From Podarcis tiliguerta (taxonomy: Eukaryota), in NCBI GenBank assembly GCA_965153285.1, contig OZ229112.1: a DNA stretch of 64,000 nucleotides; one strand, 5' to 3'. Of this stretch, positions 43,220-58,200 are shown in pieces. Positions within the stretch are counted from its first letter, which is position 1; each line of letters starts with the position of its first letter. Under the pieces are notes generated by a model. It worked only from the letters and a program-made list of their open reading frames with translations, was not told the DNA's origin and ran no database searches. The translations under genes were made by a program, and so were the position numbers.

Positions 43220-46200
43220 CAGTCCTGTTGAAAAGTTCTCCTTTCTCCATGCTTGCAATGGGGCAGGTTTTTTTTTTGGGGGGGGGGGGGTTAAGCCTGG
43301 TGTACTTGCAAGTCACAAACTAAAAAACCTAGTATCTAGTTTAGGCCCCATTACACTTACATTTTGAACAATTATGGGTTAGTCTTTGTTAGTCTTTTCT
43401 TGCAGTTAGTTCTTTGAACACAGTAGATTAGAGAGATTTATATCATGTATGACTTATACTCATGTTAAAACCCACCAAGAAGATTTAGTTTTTGCAGTAA
43501 CTTGCTAATGCTAGGTGCAAGCAGGACAACTGGAAAAGGAGCCCAGGCAAGACTGACAGTGAAAATCTGACAGACCTTTTGACCTGGTATCAGGAATGCT
43601 GACTGATGGTGTTACAACCCATATTCTGTTTGTGGAAGGCTCTCCCCAGGGAAACACGCCAGGCAACTTGACACTTTCTGGGGGCCAACCTAAGTCATTT
43701 TTATTTACTCAGTCTTTTGGTGGTTAATTTAGCCTCTAGTGTGATGCTCATCTTTTAGTGGGGTAGGACTTGTCCTCCTCGTTGCATTGTTGGATGAGCA
43801 TTTTAGGAATTTTGAATAGTAACCCATTTTATATTTGGCTTTTAATCAATTTTATCTCTTTGTATAAAGCAACTAACGAATGCTATAAACACCACAACAC
43901 CGCCAATGGAAATAATACAATTTATAGAGCTACTGAAACTGGGGTTTATATAAAATGCTACAAAAATTATACACAGGCTATTGTAAAACCATTAAAGCAT
44001 AAGTAAAAATCATGTGCTTATAACTGAGGGGATGAAAGTCACCCAGGAAAAAAAGGTCCGAGAAGCATTAGTGTTCCTTGTAAGCTGGTTAGGGGTTTTG
44101 CGGTGCTTCTGAGCCCATTTGGGTGCCTGCAAAGACAGGCAATATCACTGGCCAAGAGTGTGTTTTAATGGAGTTGTAGTGAAAAATTCCACAGAGAAAC
44201 CTAGGAACTGATATAACCCCAGACTTTTACTACTGTAATGCACACTGATTCTTGAAGTTTAGTAAAAAATGCAACAATCCCAAAATATGGTTAGTTTACC
44301 TCATGGCAGGACAAATCTGCCAAGGAGCATATTATATAAGTGCTCTAGCTCCAGGATCTCTGCGAGTTGCCTGATAGCTTAAGAATTCCAACACATTTGC
44401 TGCGTTCCAACAGCCAGAACATACAAAGCCATTTTCTGCTGATATACCACAATTCTGAACTCCAACTCTAAACTCCTTTTGATTTGGAAAGTCACCAGCC
44501 TCCGATCTGTGACCGAACAGGCTAACACCCTACGGTATTAACTTGCCAGTAGTATAGACTTCCGTTCACACAGAGGGACTTCCCCTCCCTCTCCCCAGCA
44601 ATGCATGTACCCCAAATCTGCTCTGGGGAGTTGGGGGACATTACTAAGCAAACTGGGGTGGGCAGGTTCAGGAATGGAGGAGAAAAAAGAGAATTCTCAC
44701 CACCCACAGTCACCACCTGGAAGGAGTATAAGCCATTTAAGATAGCACTTAAAATAGCCCTCTATTTACTGTTTTCAGGTTTAAAACATTACTGGACATC
44801 TGAGATAAGGCAAAATGAACAAAAGTTTTAAAATGTAGTGCATATCTTAATGATTTATTTTTTTAATTGCCATACCAGAATGACGAATCAATCGTGTCAA
44901 GTCATATCGTTTCCTTTTGTCTGTAACCATACAAGGAAGATCTTCTTTTGCTACACATGCGTATTTGGTCTCCCAGGTGAAGAAGTATGAGCAGTCTGTT
45001 TCTCCTGTAAACACTGGGCTTCCTTTGCCATCATTGTCTTTGAGAGGTTCATTAAAAACATCGGAAGATTAGGATAAGGAAAATATAAATTACACAAATT
45101 ATAGCATTAAAATATTCTCATAGTGCCTTATAACTTATGATTAAAACAACAGCACTGGCACTTTGCCCGGAGCAGCTGAAAGCCAGCCCAAAAACTATTA
45201 AAAACCCAGAAACACCCAATTTAGTGCTGGATTAGTTGATGTGGGGCGATGCATCACTAACCTGTTGGCCAACTATCTCACCACAAAGAGTGAGGGCACC
45301 CAGAGGCATAGCTGTCAACTTTTCCCTTTTCTTGCAAGGAATCCTATTCGGAATAAGGGATTTCCCTTTAAAAAACGGGAAACGTTGGCAGATATGCTCT
45401 AATACTGGGCAGGTTAATGTGGGAGTATGTAATTCTAGCTTCAAAAGTTTTACTTCTCAAGCTTAGGGTGTACATTAAAGTACTGGGTACAGAACCATCT
45501 ATGGATTTTTAAGATTCTCTGAAGAATCAAGGGTTGTGCACTATAACATCTGATGGGTAAGAATGCAAGAATGGTGTTGGATAATTCAAAGAGCCTCTCT
45601 TGGCATTATGTTTCTGAATACCAAATGCTGGGAAATCATGCGTGGAGAGAGCATGTTGTACTCTAGTCCTACTTGCAAGCTTCCCATAGGCACCTGGTTA
45701 ACCACTGAGAACAGCACACCTAAGAACCTCACGAACAAAGTAAGAAAGCAAAATATCTGCTGCTTTGCTCCCAATATCTGAACTCTGAGGAACATGATAC
45801 CCCTGAACACGAATGTTCTACTGTTCTCATAACAAACACCCAGTTATATACCAATCCTCCATTAATTAGAAATCCTCTTCCCTACCAACATTTCTTAAAT
45901 GCTTGTATAACTTTTAGACTTCAGAACAAAAGGAGGTGGTAGCATTCAAGCGGTAGCGGGCTGTGGTGGGGCAGCTGCAAGTATTCTTGGAGGACACAGA
46001 ATATTGCTCAAAGCGATCCATAGATAACTAGCATGTTCATTACCTGCCGTATGATTGCATTCAAAGTTTATGACAGTCATTCGCTCAAATCCAGAGCTGC
46101 AAGGATCTCCTCCTGGGTAAGTCAGAATGAGGTCTCCATCAGCATACCTGATTGCAAAAGCCAAAAAGGGTGAATGTTCAAATATAGCTCGTCTAATTTA

Positions 46201-49200
46201 AGGAAGAAAAAAAACGCACCAGTGGCCCACACTCAATGGAAACCAGAAAAAGGTTCATTAGATGGGTATCACAACTCAAAAGAGGCAAACAGATTTCTAA
46301 TTTGGAATGTTATCCATTTTAGCTCTACATCTGTCTAAAAGATCTTTGTCTTGTTAAGGACTTCTCTTCCAAAACTAAGAGCAGAAACTAGACAGTAGAA
46401 GCAGAGTCCAACAGGATTGTCCTCCACAACACACTTTGAATTAGTTGGTTAGAGCATAGTGGCGATAACGCCAAGGTTGAAGGTTCAATCCCTGTACAGG
46501 TGCATATTCCTGTTTGGCAGAGGGTTGGATTAGGTGATCCTCAGGGTCTCTTCCAACTCTAAGATTCTATGAATCTAGAATTGCCAAGAACCAACACTGC
46601 ATGCAGGAGCTTTAGTTCCTAACAAATACTAACCCTCAAAGACTGTTTTCTAATTAAGCACTCACCTGAGAGTTTGGTGGGTAAACCTTCCTGCCACTTT
46701 CTGCTGAGGAACAGCTGCATGTTTCACCTGGCACGCCGAAGCATTGGCATCACTGCAGTAGCCTCCAGCTGCTTTGCCACATACATTCAGATAATAGGAA
46801 TACTCTTCTCTGTCTTTAGCAACATAAGGTGTAACATACTCTGAAGAAAGGAGGGTCGTGATGATTGAAGCACATATTTGGTAAAAGTATTTAGGTGGCT
46901 ACACAGACAGAAATACACATTTGCAGCCACAGAACTTGTATAATCAGTTTACAGCCCTGTTAGCGAGCTGCTTGTGTTGTCATCTCATGCCCCACAAACT
47001 CACAGCTGCATCGCTGCTCAGCTCTTTCCATTGGCTGCTTCAGAAACCCATGCAAAAACACCAAAAAACTTTCAACCACAATGTGACACAAACCACACAT
47101 TTGGTTTATGCAAGTTAAGGATTGCAACTACAGATGCCATCACAATCTACAGCTCTCTTCTTCCTCACTGTCAGATTTAGACAGAGGCTCTGCCAACAGC
47201 TCACTGAGCAGTATCCAATTCTGAGGTTTTGCAATCTTAATGCGGGCATGTTGGTACAGTCCACACAAGACTGCATCACCTCTGGGTGGAGGGGGAAGAA
47301 ACAGTCTCCAGCGACCATGAGCTAAGAAGCTGGGTATTAGGGACTTACAACCTAGTTTTCTCTTCAACAGTTTAGCTCTGGGGTCCCCAACATGGAGTGT
47401 GTGGGCACAACACTCTCAGAAACCTATTCTTGGTGCTCACCAAGGCCCTGCCTCTTCAAATTTATTTTTAACCACTTTTATTGTTATTTGTTTTTGTTAT
47501 GGTAGTTGTAAATTTTGGGGGAGGGTTGTTTTTTTAGGTCTGAGTTTTGCTGCGGGCAGCCAGGGGCGGGGGGTAAGCGTGAGCAATTTTCTTCTATGGA
47601 AAAGGGTATTTGTGGGGTGACCAAAACATTGGCTTGATTTCCAAATGTGTCGTTGCTCCCAGAAAATTTGGCAAGCCACGTTTAACTTTTCCCATGCAGC
47701 AACCTATTTATACAAACTACAGCTGTGTCCTGGATTCAGCCACATCGGGCCGATTCAGGGGAATCTGGGCTTGGGAGAAGTGAAGTCAGGCTGAAACAGT
47801 CCCAGGCCACCCAGCGTAACCAGGGGTAGAGAAGGGGGTGGGAAGGCTGCTGATTCCCCAGCCCATTCTCAATCCTCTGGGATGCAGTTGCTCCTTTGCA
47901 AGGCTCTTCCCGTCAGGAAAGCAGCTTGCAAAACAGCACCCCATAGGTTGGTGGATACTATTTTCCAAAGGTGCCTTGCAGAATTCCATTTCTCTCCTCT
48001 GGCCTCCTTACAGCCTGTTCCCAAGGATCTATTGCCACAGCAACTCCCTGGGCCTACTTCTACCAGCTACACCTGGACTGCAGAAAACTGGTGATGTTGT
48101 TACTATGGAAGGAGCAAGCAGGGAGCCATAGGAGCAGAGCATGTGGTCCCTGGGTTGGGGAGGCTATGCACAGCCCTACAATAAGGAACATTTTCAACAC
48201 AGACCAATTTAGAAATGGTGCAACCCTGTACAGGACTATACCACACACTAGCACCAATGCTTCTTCCTCTGCCATACCTACTAACTTGGTTTATATTGAT
48301 GCCACTGCTTCACCCTTAGAAAAAAAAAAGAGGGTGCTTACCTGGAATTTGTTTGAGGGGTGTCAAATTCACATAGATACCATGCTGCTTGCTGGTCAGG
48401 ACACAGTTGTTACTCTCTAGGTAGTCTCTGTGACAGGCAGACTCTGTGACCCATTCAATCTCGTACTGGCAGTTACTTTGAGCAGTGAGTCTGGGACTTG
48501 TCACCTAATACAAAAGAAAAAAAGTGTGCCCAGAAAGGGGAAGAGAAACTCCCTTGGGTTGGCTCCAAGTTATAGCCCCCTACAAACTTCAAAAGGCATA
48601 TTTAAAATGACATTTGTAAAAAAAAAAAACCAGAAGCATTTTTGTTAGGGATTGTTGGACAAGACCTGCCAAGAAAAACAAAGAATTTATTTATGTATGC
48701 TACAACAGCGGCAAGAGTCTTGATAGCACAAGGATGGAAGAATGAAGAAATCCCAACAAAAGAACAGTGGTAAGAAAAATTGATGAGCTATGCAGAGTTG
48801 GCTAAATTGACATAAAAACTGTGACTTTAAGGAAGAATGGGAGCTTTTTACAAATTATCTAAAAAGGCAACAAAATAAACTGGACTCCTTGGAAGGTTTT
48901 GAATAAACATACACAAATTTATTGGTTGATAACATGATAGATAGATAAGGCAAGGATATGTATAACTTTATAACATGCAGCGAATAATATGTGCAGAGAA
49001 ATCAGAGAGAGGAACTGAGGGAAGTCCCTAGTGGGGGGGGAGGGAGGGATGGAAGGGGAAAAAATAACGTACGTGATTATACGGTTTGATAATTTGATAT
49101 GTTGAAATTGCTTAATAAAAATCTTTTTTTAAAAAAGGCATATTTTGCATACACACACACTAGCACACACAAGATGTGCTGTATGGAATAGATCCACAAC

Positions 49201-52200
49201 AAGACAAGCAACAGAGCTTGTAATTTTATTTTGTGGAGGAAGGAGGAAAGAGAAAGAGAAACTGCACCCCATGATGCTTCTAGACTTCTACCACTTTGTG
49301 TTGGACTAAGAACTGGGAGCGGGATGCGGGTGGTGCTGTGGGTTAAACCACAGAACCTAGGACTTGCCGATCAGAAGGTCGGCAGTTTGAATCCCCGCGA
49401 CAGGGTGAGCTCCTGTTGCTCGGTCCCTGCTCCTGCCCACCTAGCTGTTTGAAAGCACGTCAAATGCAAGTAGATAAATAGGTACCGCTCTGGCGGGAAG
49501 GTAAACGGCGTTTCCGTGCGCTGCTCTGGTTTGCCAGAAGCAGCTTAGTCATGCTGGCCACATGACCCGGAAACTGTACGCTGGCTCCCTCGGCCAATAA
49601 AGCGAGATGAGCGTCGCAACCCCGGAGTCGGTCAGGGGTCCCTTTACCTTTAAGACCTGGGAGATCAGGGTTTAGGTCCCCCACTCTGCCATGAAACGGA
49701 GTGACTGTGGGTGATCTTTAGCCTAACCTACCACACAGGGTTGCTGTGGGGATTAAATGAGGAGGGAGAGAAGGCCACCTTGAGCTCCTTGGAGAAAAAG
49801 CTGAGTGATAAATGCAATGAACAAATAAATAATATCCTAGTTTTAACTAACCTTTGCCTAGAACAAGCCAGAGTTTCCCTAGTTTGTATGTTCACAGGCT
49901 AACCTATCATTTAGTTCATTTAGGCCACTGTATCCATGTTTTAAATGAAAATATAGAATAACTGGGTTGGAAGCTGGCTCAAAAGTAATTGAACCCAACC
50001 TCCTGCCAATGCAGGAAATCCATTGCTACGCCATCCGTGACAGGGGGCCAGCCAACCTCTGCTTAATAAACAACTTTAGGCCCAGGATTTTGTCCATCAG
50101 TTTCTGTCATCAAGCAACAGGATTTGAAACCCCAGATATCAATTACCTCTTTTTTCCTCCCCTCTGGGCACACAAAAGTAACAGTCACTGCTGGATCATG
50201 GTCACCACAGAAGTCAGGCCTCTCATTTGCATTGCTAATTTTGCTTTCGTATCTCAGGGAAAGCCTGGAAAAACAAGGGGGGCAAGTTTGAGAGAAGAGA
50301 CCATGTAAGATACGCAGAAACAGCAAGAGTGGGATTTAATACAGCTACCTTATACAGTGGTACCTCGGGTTACATACGCTTCAGGTTACATATGCTTCAT
50401 GTTACAGACTCCGCTAACCAAGAAACAGTACCTCAGGTTAAGAACTTTGCTTGAGGATAAGAACAGAAATCATCCTCTGGTGGCGCGGCGGCAACGGGAG
50501 GCCCCATTAGCTAAAGTGGTGCTTCAGGTTAAGAACAGTTTCAGGTTAAGAACGGACCTCTGGAACGAATTAAGTTCTTAACCCGAGGTACCACTGTACT
50601 TTTAGTTTATCAGCTACACTGGTTCCCAGTCCATTTCAGACTACAATTCAAGGTACTGGCTACGTATTTTGGAAAGCGGTTTGTTCATCTGTTCTCCCTA
50701 GATTTGGGTGTATCTTGAGATATCATCACAAAACTCAGCATGAGGGTTCCCAAGGTGAGGGAAATCATCTTTGTTTGTGTTTAGATGCCGGAAGCCATTT
50801 TGAATCAACATGTTGCGCCAAAAGGTGACTTTGGTGTGATTTCATTTGATTTTGGGCTTACCAGGTCCAAACTCACAAATTATACTATCCATTTAAAAAT
50901 CACAATATTTTTCATTTTTTACAAATTTCTGGCAATGCCGGGCACTCCCCGCTAGTTACCTACAAAGCCCAAAATGTCTTGGGACCAAGATGCATGAAGG
51001 ACCACCTCCTTATGTGAATCTCCATTTTTCCAGCTCAGCTATTGCTGTGCAATTGCTTTCTGAGGTAAGGTTCGTGGCAACATTTGGGAGAGCTCTCCGA
51101 GGTGGCCCTCCATATGTGTGGAATTTCCTGTCCCAAGAAATTACCTTACTCTTTTTAATCCACCAGCAGATGACCATATTTCCCTTCATACAAATGGTTG
51201 ATTCCACTGCTGCTAAAGGAATTGAATAGCAAGCGCCATCTTCGTGTGCTTTTTACCGTTTGTTTTAATGGCTGGATCATTGTTGCTTTGTTGGTTGATC
51301 TCCTATTTTTATTTTTATTTTCATTTTTAAAATTATATGCAGGTTTGTGTTAACAACTTTTGATTTTTTTATGAATAACAGTATTTATTTTTACAAACAG
51401 ATGTCTGCTGTTGTATTTGTAATATGCTTCGAGCAACTCTTTTGTGAAAGTCAAAGCAGGACACAAACTTACTAAGAAGACTAATAAAATTTAAATACTA
51501 AAAAGTTTCTAGATCGTGCTTTTATAAGTGGTAAGCTAACTACCATTCTCATAATTCCTGACTGCTGGCCATACTTAAGGGAGTCAAAAAGCACTGTAGG
51601 GGACCCGGTTTCCTCAAACTGGTTTAAAATGCCATTAAGGCTGAAGTCATACCTGTTTTTATCAAGCTGCTTGAGCTGTTCTTTAGGATGTCCCAGGTCA
51701 AATGCATGACCATCCTTCAACAGGCAAGCTGAACTGCCTTCTGGACAACCCTTGCCTTCAACAGAGGATTTTCCTGTCAATACAATGTTTATGTAAGAAA
51801 TAAGACCATAAATAAGGTTTCAGAAGGAGGTTAGGGCAAAGTCTTCCATTTAAATGTAAACTTAATTTTGACCACATAGTGCATAAGAATAAATGGGACA
51901 AGGAGACTGCTGGGCCGGACTGAAAAATCAAAGCTACAGAAATCAAAGACTATCTTTACATATAATACCCACTAAGCTGGAGGAGTAGGCAATACTTATC
52001 TTAACATCTTTATGGTTGCAGAAACATTCTAGAATGGCAAAAGATACTCTGTTCAAGATACCCAGAGTGGAAAAAAATTAGATTTACCAAATACCTGCAT
52101 GCACTATGCATATCAACAACAGTTCCTGGCTGAATGGCTCTCTAGAAACGATACTTTAGAGAATAGGAACAGCCTTTTAGTAACTCTTGAGTTACGTCTT

Positions 52201-55200
52201 ACTGTCCTAAGAGGGGTAAGCTTTACAAACTAGTATTACCCCAGTGATCTGTTAAAAGTTTGGAATAATCTCAACTCCACATATTATCCTCATTTGGCAT
52301 TGTTTCCTAAAACTCGCAAGCTTTTATCAGTAACTTAAGATGGGCAAAGCCAGTTCTAATAAGGTGTATTGATCCATCTACTAATGATTGATCTATTATC
52401 TGCTAATATCAGAAGCTGAGCAGGGACATAGATGACCTTTTACTTCGTTTTCTTCAGCATTGTATTAGAGAGGAAATGTCAGGACAATAACTTGGAAATC
52501 TGACAGCATTTGAATTACAGATCCTATAACAATCATGTACAAGAGGAAATCTGGGAATGAGTGTAGTTCAGTAGCAGAACATCTTTTTTGATAACAAAAG
52601 GCCCCAGATTCAAATTCCCAGCACCTCCAGGTATGGCTGGAAAAGACTCCTAACCCCAAACCTTGGAGAGCTGCTGCCCAAGTCAGCAATACTGAGCTAC
52701 GTGGACTAATGGTCTGATTTCATATAACGCAGCTGCCTGTGTTCCACTGTTCCTCTGGAAAGCCTAACAAATCTTAACTGTAAAAAATAAATAAATTATG
52801 ATGCATGCAATGCAACAGAGAATTTAGGAATGTTTGAACACAGGAGATTTGTTTTCTATGTCTCTTATATTGAGGAAGTTCGCTGTAAAATTGTTTTTTG
52901 GAGAAGCTCAGTCGGCACAGCATGAGACTCTTAATTTTATGGTCATGGTTTGAGCCCCACGTGGGGCAACAAGATTCCTGCATTGCAGGGGGTTGGACTA
53001 GATAACCCTCACGGTCCCTTCCAAATCTACCATTCTTTGATTCCAACACATGGAGGCTGGAAAGAGGTTACTCAGGCGTATCTTGGTTCATATTTGAAAG
53101 GTCTGAGGCATCTGAGGTTTGACTGTTTAGATGCATTCAAGATTCTGCTAAGAAAGAAAATGTGCTCTTAATCAATTAGAGATGTAAAAGCCTGGTGGTG
53201 GGGACAGAAAAACTGAGGGGAATCTCTGTTCTTAATTCTGACCTTAAGGGGAAAAAGAAGCAGCGTCTCATTCTATTCCAAAATGTATCCCAAAAGCAAG
53301 TCTCAAAAAAAGAAAAAGGGGTCATTATAGTCAATACAAGATTGTGTAAAACAGTATCATGATGCATCTAGTAAAATATTTTAGTGGCCCAAGTAGTCAC
53401 CAGATACTGCAAAGTACTGACTAGCAAAATAATTTTCCAAAAGAAATTAAGCATGCTTCAACCTGTTTAAAAAATATGTATCAAATATGTATCAGACTGT
53501 TTTACAGGAAGGTGCGCTTCAAGTTTCTGAGGGGAAAATGTGACTCAGATGAAAAAATATTAGACACAGAATGTATGCCAAGGTTCAGACCTATGTTTCT
53601 ACAGATGTTGATGTAGAGCTCCACGTCATCATCCGAGTCCTCTACCAAGTATCCTCCAGAAGTTTTAATCAGTGGGTTCAAGTCACGTTTCCTCAAGTCT
53701 CCATCAAATACGTAACAAGGCACCTAGAAATTAAATCACACTAATGACATGCAGAAGAGAAAGCATCACACCATTTCTGAGACCATTTCACACATTTCAG
53801 GAAAGAATCCCGATACCGACACTCCCACTGGAGACCTGCCTATGGAAGAATCATGCTTCAACATGTATAGCTGATATAGCTATTGCATCAAGCTTTGCTG
53901 AAATGGTTAGGTAAGTGCCTTGCTGCCAATGAAAATGTGCATTAATTCAAGGTACTGGTTATGTAGCTCACCAGTGGAACCAGGTTGGGGCTAGAATGCT
54001 TAGAAGTATACCTTAGGCTAGTCAAGGCTTCATTGTCCCAGAAGGGTCCATTGCAGCCTGGAGCCATCTCTGGCTGCTCTTTACTGCCATTATTATTTGC
54101 TCACTAGGGAAACCAGCAACAGGGCTGAGGAGCAACCACACCCACCTCCCTGTGTTCGCCTGCCCTCTTCCTGTTCTTGCCGTTGCCACTTGCTCTCTTG
54201 CTTAGCACTGAGCATGAGGTTGACAACTTTCCTTGTGATGTGGGTCCCAAGTGGTTCCCAAGCAGTAACCCTGTGCAAGAGTTTTTAAGAGGTGGGTGGG
54301 ACAAGCCACCAATCATGTGATGTCATATGATTGGCAGGTGGCATCACCACCCTCCTTTCAACTTTGGCCCATGAGACTGATCCTGATCAGGACCTGGCAT
54401 GTGGAGCCAAAAAGGTTCCCTACTCCAGCCTAGAACTTGCATTACCTCTTCAGTTGGTTTAAACAAATCTTTCTTGCAGGCCACATATGTCTTCCATTCA
54501 AAGTAGTGCACACAACTGGTTGAAGTCACAAATTCTGGGGAACCCTGATTAAGAAATTGATGAAATACAAAGTGTGCTGTTACTCATTATTAAACCAAAA
54601 ACTGAAAGCTTAATCGTTCAAACGGGTAACAGAAACCAATTACCTAGAGCTAGAACAAGAACATTCTAGCAGGTAATTAATTGCTGAATGACTTTTCGTT
54701 GGCAAGTTGGCAGATATGACAGGACAATTAATTAGAATTCGGGTTCTCAGATGCCTTCTCAGATGCACTTTTATTTCCCGATTATACATGAAAAACATGC
54801 CCCAGTAGCCCAACTTTTTATAGATCTTAATTTTAAGCTGCTCTGGCAGTCAGTTAACGTTGGCTGAGAAAACAGGTGTAACTAAAATAGAATACATCTT
54901 ACAGTCAACCCGTGTGCATAAACTGATTAACTGTACAGTTACTGAGAGATAAAAACAAACACTTGGTTTGGGTATCCCTTCTAAACAAAGCCCATGCACT
55001 CCAGAAGAGCCAAGGAAACACAATATACAGGTAGATTTATAGCAGAAAGAATCCATAAATTAAAAGTAACAGATGCCATATTGAAAGAAATAAAGCATAT
55101 GAATTGACATTAAGTCTTTAAAATATTAAAAAATGCATTTCTCAACATGTTTGTATTTTCCTATTGTGATTAATCAATTATACTTTTGTATTGGTTATCA

Positions 55201-58200
55201 TGTTCAATGTTTTAATAATAAAACTTAGTTTTCAAAAACACATTAAAAATTGAGGAAAATATGTCCTTGCATATATTTTTAAAACAAGAAAGGTTTTTGG
55301 CAATAATGCCATACTGACCAGAGTCTTCCCACAATAGAAATTAATGTTGCTTTGTAATTTGTGCTCGGTTCCTTGCTGTCTACAAGTCTGTGTGGTGTTG
55401 AACTCCAAGAGCAGTTTAGAACTTCTCATCAACGAGGAATCCCCTGAACAAAGCAACAACGAAGTCAAAATATATTTATACCCCTGCCTTTTATTGTGTA
55501 AGACTAATAAAAGCTTGGGCCAAATTGGATTTGCCAATCCACACAAGCCTTCTGTAATCCAATTTTAACCAATTCAGAACTGATACTTTGAAATAGATCT
55601 TCTGTAATTCAGAGGGTAAATGCCTATATTTCAAAAGCTTAGTACAGGGCATATTGTAGTTTAAAAAAAAAAGCCCACCTGATATTCATTTACAGAAAAC
55701 ACATTTGTCTTGATTACCTTTATGTGCAAAGATTGAGCTAAACATGTTTTGGGGTAGTCTAACACCTTCATGTGAAATTTCTTTAGGTTAAGAATGGATA
55801 GAACACCACCTACTGCTGAAAGTCCCATTAACCTACTCTCATTCCTCTGATCTCTTGGCCACCCAAGAGCAGCCAGCAGAACTCCACGCTTGTGCAACAG
55901 GGCTCCCCTAGATTCATCCCTCACGAAAACCCTCAGCACCCAAAGCAAAGATGATGCTCCCAAGGAATGAGAACCCTTTTCAAATGGTGTGGGGTGAGGT
56001 GCAAGGGGCTGCAGGGGGTGGAAAACCGGGAAGAATTCTGCAGGGATACTTGTGTACACGGGAGGGTCTTGCCCTGCTTTGGAGCCAAGCCATATAGAAG
56101 CCATATAGAGCAGAACAAGGGCACCCCCCTCAGCTAGTTCTTTTCTGTAGGGAGAAACATGTGGGTTTTGACCTTGAATGAGTAGGTTGGCTAGTGACTT
56201 AAGAAGCATTTTTAAAAAAATCAAGGAAACATCTATCTCTATTTCATCTTTCTAGCGTTGAGGAAGTTTAGCTTTCGTAATGAGGAGCATCCAGTCAGGT
56301 GAGCCTCCACCTGCAGTCTGATGCAATACAGCTTCGCTGCCTCTGTGCAAAGTAGGCCTCTGTTCTCCCCCCCCCCCCTTATTTTGGCATACAGCCAAAA
56401 CATGAAGCTGGAGCTATTCACTCACCTATCTAGACCACAACTTTCCATTAAAGGTGCTTGAGCCAGCTAATGCAAGAAACACAACAAAAAGCAATAAAAG
56501 GAAAACCCAAAAATAAGGCTCTTAAAACCAACCATAAAAACACACACACATTAAAACCAATCGAGACACAGATCGTATGAATCAGAGGCCCAGCTAAATA
56601 AAATGCATCTGCCTAGCAAGCCCCCCATGAGAAACTGAAGGATAGTTCTTCCCTAGGTGGGTCTAGGCACAGTCTTCAGTCATCTGACTACAATGCATTC
56701 TTAGTCTTAGGCAAATGTCTCATCCAGTCCAGCACCCTGTTCTCACCGTTGCCAACCAGATATCTGTGAGAAACCCAGGAGGAGGACCCTGTGGTTTCCT
56801 GCAAAAGATATGCAGAAACATGCTGCCTCTGACCATGGAGACAGGGCATAGTTTTCATGGCTAGTAGCCACTGACAGCCTTATTCTCCATGCATCTGTCT
56901 AATACCATAAAACTAGGAGCACAGTGTCTGTGGGCAGCACCCCATTTTTTAATTATATCCTGGTTTTAGCAAAGGCTAAATCATGGGAGGCATGATTTCT
57001 CCTCGGTGTCTCATTTCCCCATCTTAGTGCACACCCATGTATTTGCCAAGGAGTTTTGAAGAAGTCTTTAGTGTGCCACCATCCAGAAATACTTGTGTAC
57101 AAGTTACTTCAATGAAGTTCCCTCTCCTTTTGTCGTTTTCGTTCTCTTGTGACTACGGCCAAGTCCAAAGTCGGTGAAGATGCTCAGCAAAACATAGCTA
57201 GCATCACTGCTGCAGCTTGGACTTTTGCCAACTCAGAAAGAGTGAAAATAGCTTCGATTTTTGACTGGCTCTGCCAGGACTATTAGGAGTTATATATTGC
57301 TTAAAAGGAAATCAACTCCTTTCATTATTCCACAGTCAGGGGCAAAAGATAGAGACAGTCTGCAGCTATGAAGGTCAATGGTTCTCTTCGTCCCCATCCC
57401 TGAGAACAAGATACTGGCTCCAGAACTCAGCTTACATTGACAAGTAAGAAGTCTAACCCTCTATAACAGCTGCCAAGGAAAGTCCTTGAAATCATGCAGA
57501 ATTAATATGCTCTCAAGGCCTAATTGCAAAATTAGAAATGTTCTATAGGATGTGTTCTATTTGAAATTGAAGTCCAGAGGTTGGAGGATGATAATTTAAT
57601 AAAAGTGTATGGCTATTTTTTAATTACCACAAAATGCAAAAAATATTACATATACAGTGGTGTCCCGCAAGACGAATGCCTCACAAGACGGAAAACCCGC
57701 TAGACGAAAGGGTTTTCCGTTTTGGAGGTGCTTCGCAAAACGAATTTGCTATGGGCTTGCTTCGCAAGACGAAAATGTCTTGCGATTCCTGGGGTTTTTT
57801 CCCCCCTCCCAGCCTTTTTCCCAAGCCCCTAAGCCGCTGAACAGCTGTTCCCTAAGCCGCTTATCAGCTGATCTAAGCCGCTAATAGCCTTTTAGCAGCT
57901 AATCCGCTAATCCCTTAAGCCTTTAATAGCCGCTAATAGCGCTAATAGCGCTAATCCGCTAATGGGCTTGCTTCGCAAGACGAAAAAACCGCAAGACGAA
58001 GAGACTCGCGGAACGGATTCTTTTCGTCTTGCGAGGCAGCACTGTACATATACTGTATATACACATGACCACCAGACGCCATTTCAGGATGGGTGTGGGT
58101 AAGTAAAAATAAAAGAGTAACTGGGTTGGATCCCAACCTGGTGCTCCAGGACTGCCTCAATTCACAGACGTTACTGGGAAAAGGTTCCCACTGAAGGAAC

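Noticed and set aside
52905-52970. tRNA-Lys gene
   Set aside because: The stems are degenerate and it is fused to a CR1-type tail, so it is a SINE head rather than a tRNA gene.
55661-56224. 187-aa ORF, the longest in the track
   Set aside because: No recognisable domain, intronic position, and a non-ATG start. It is consistent with chance.
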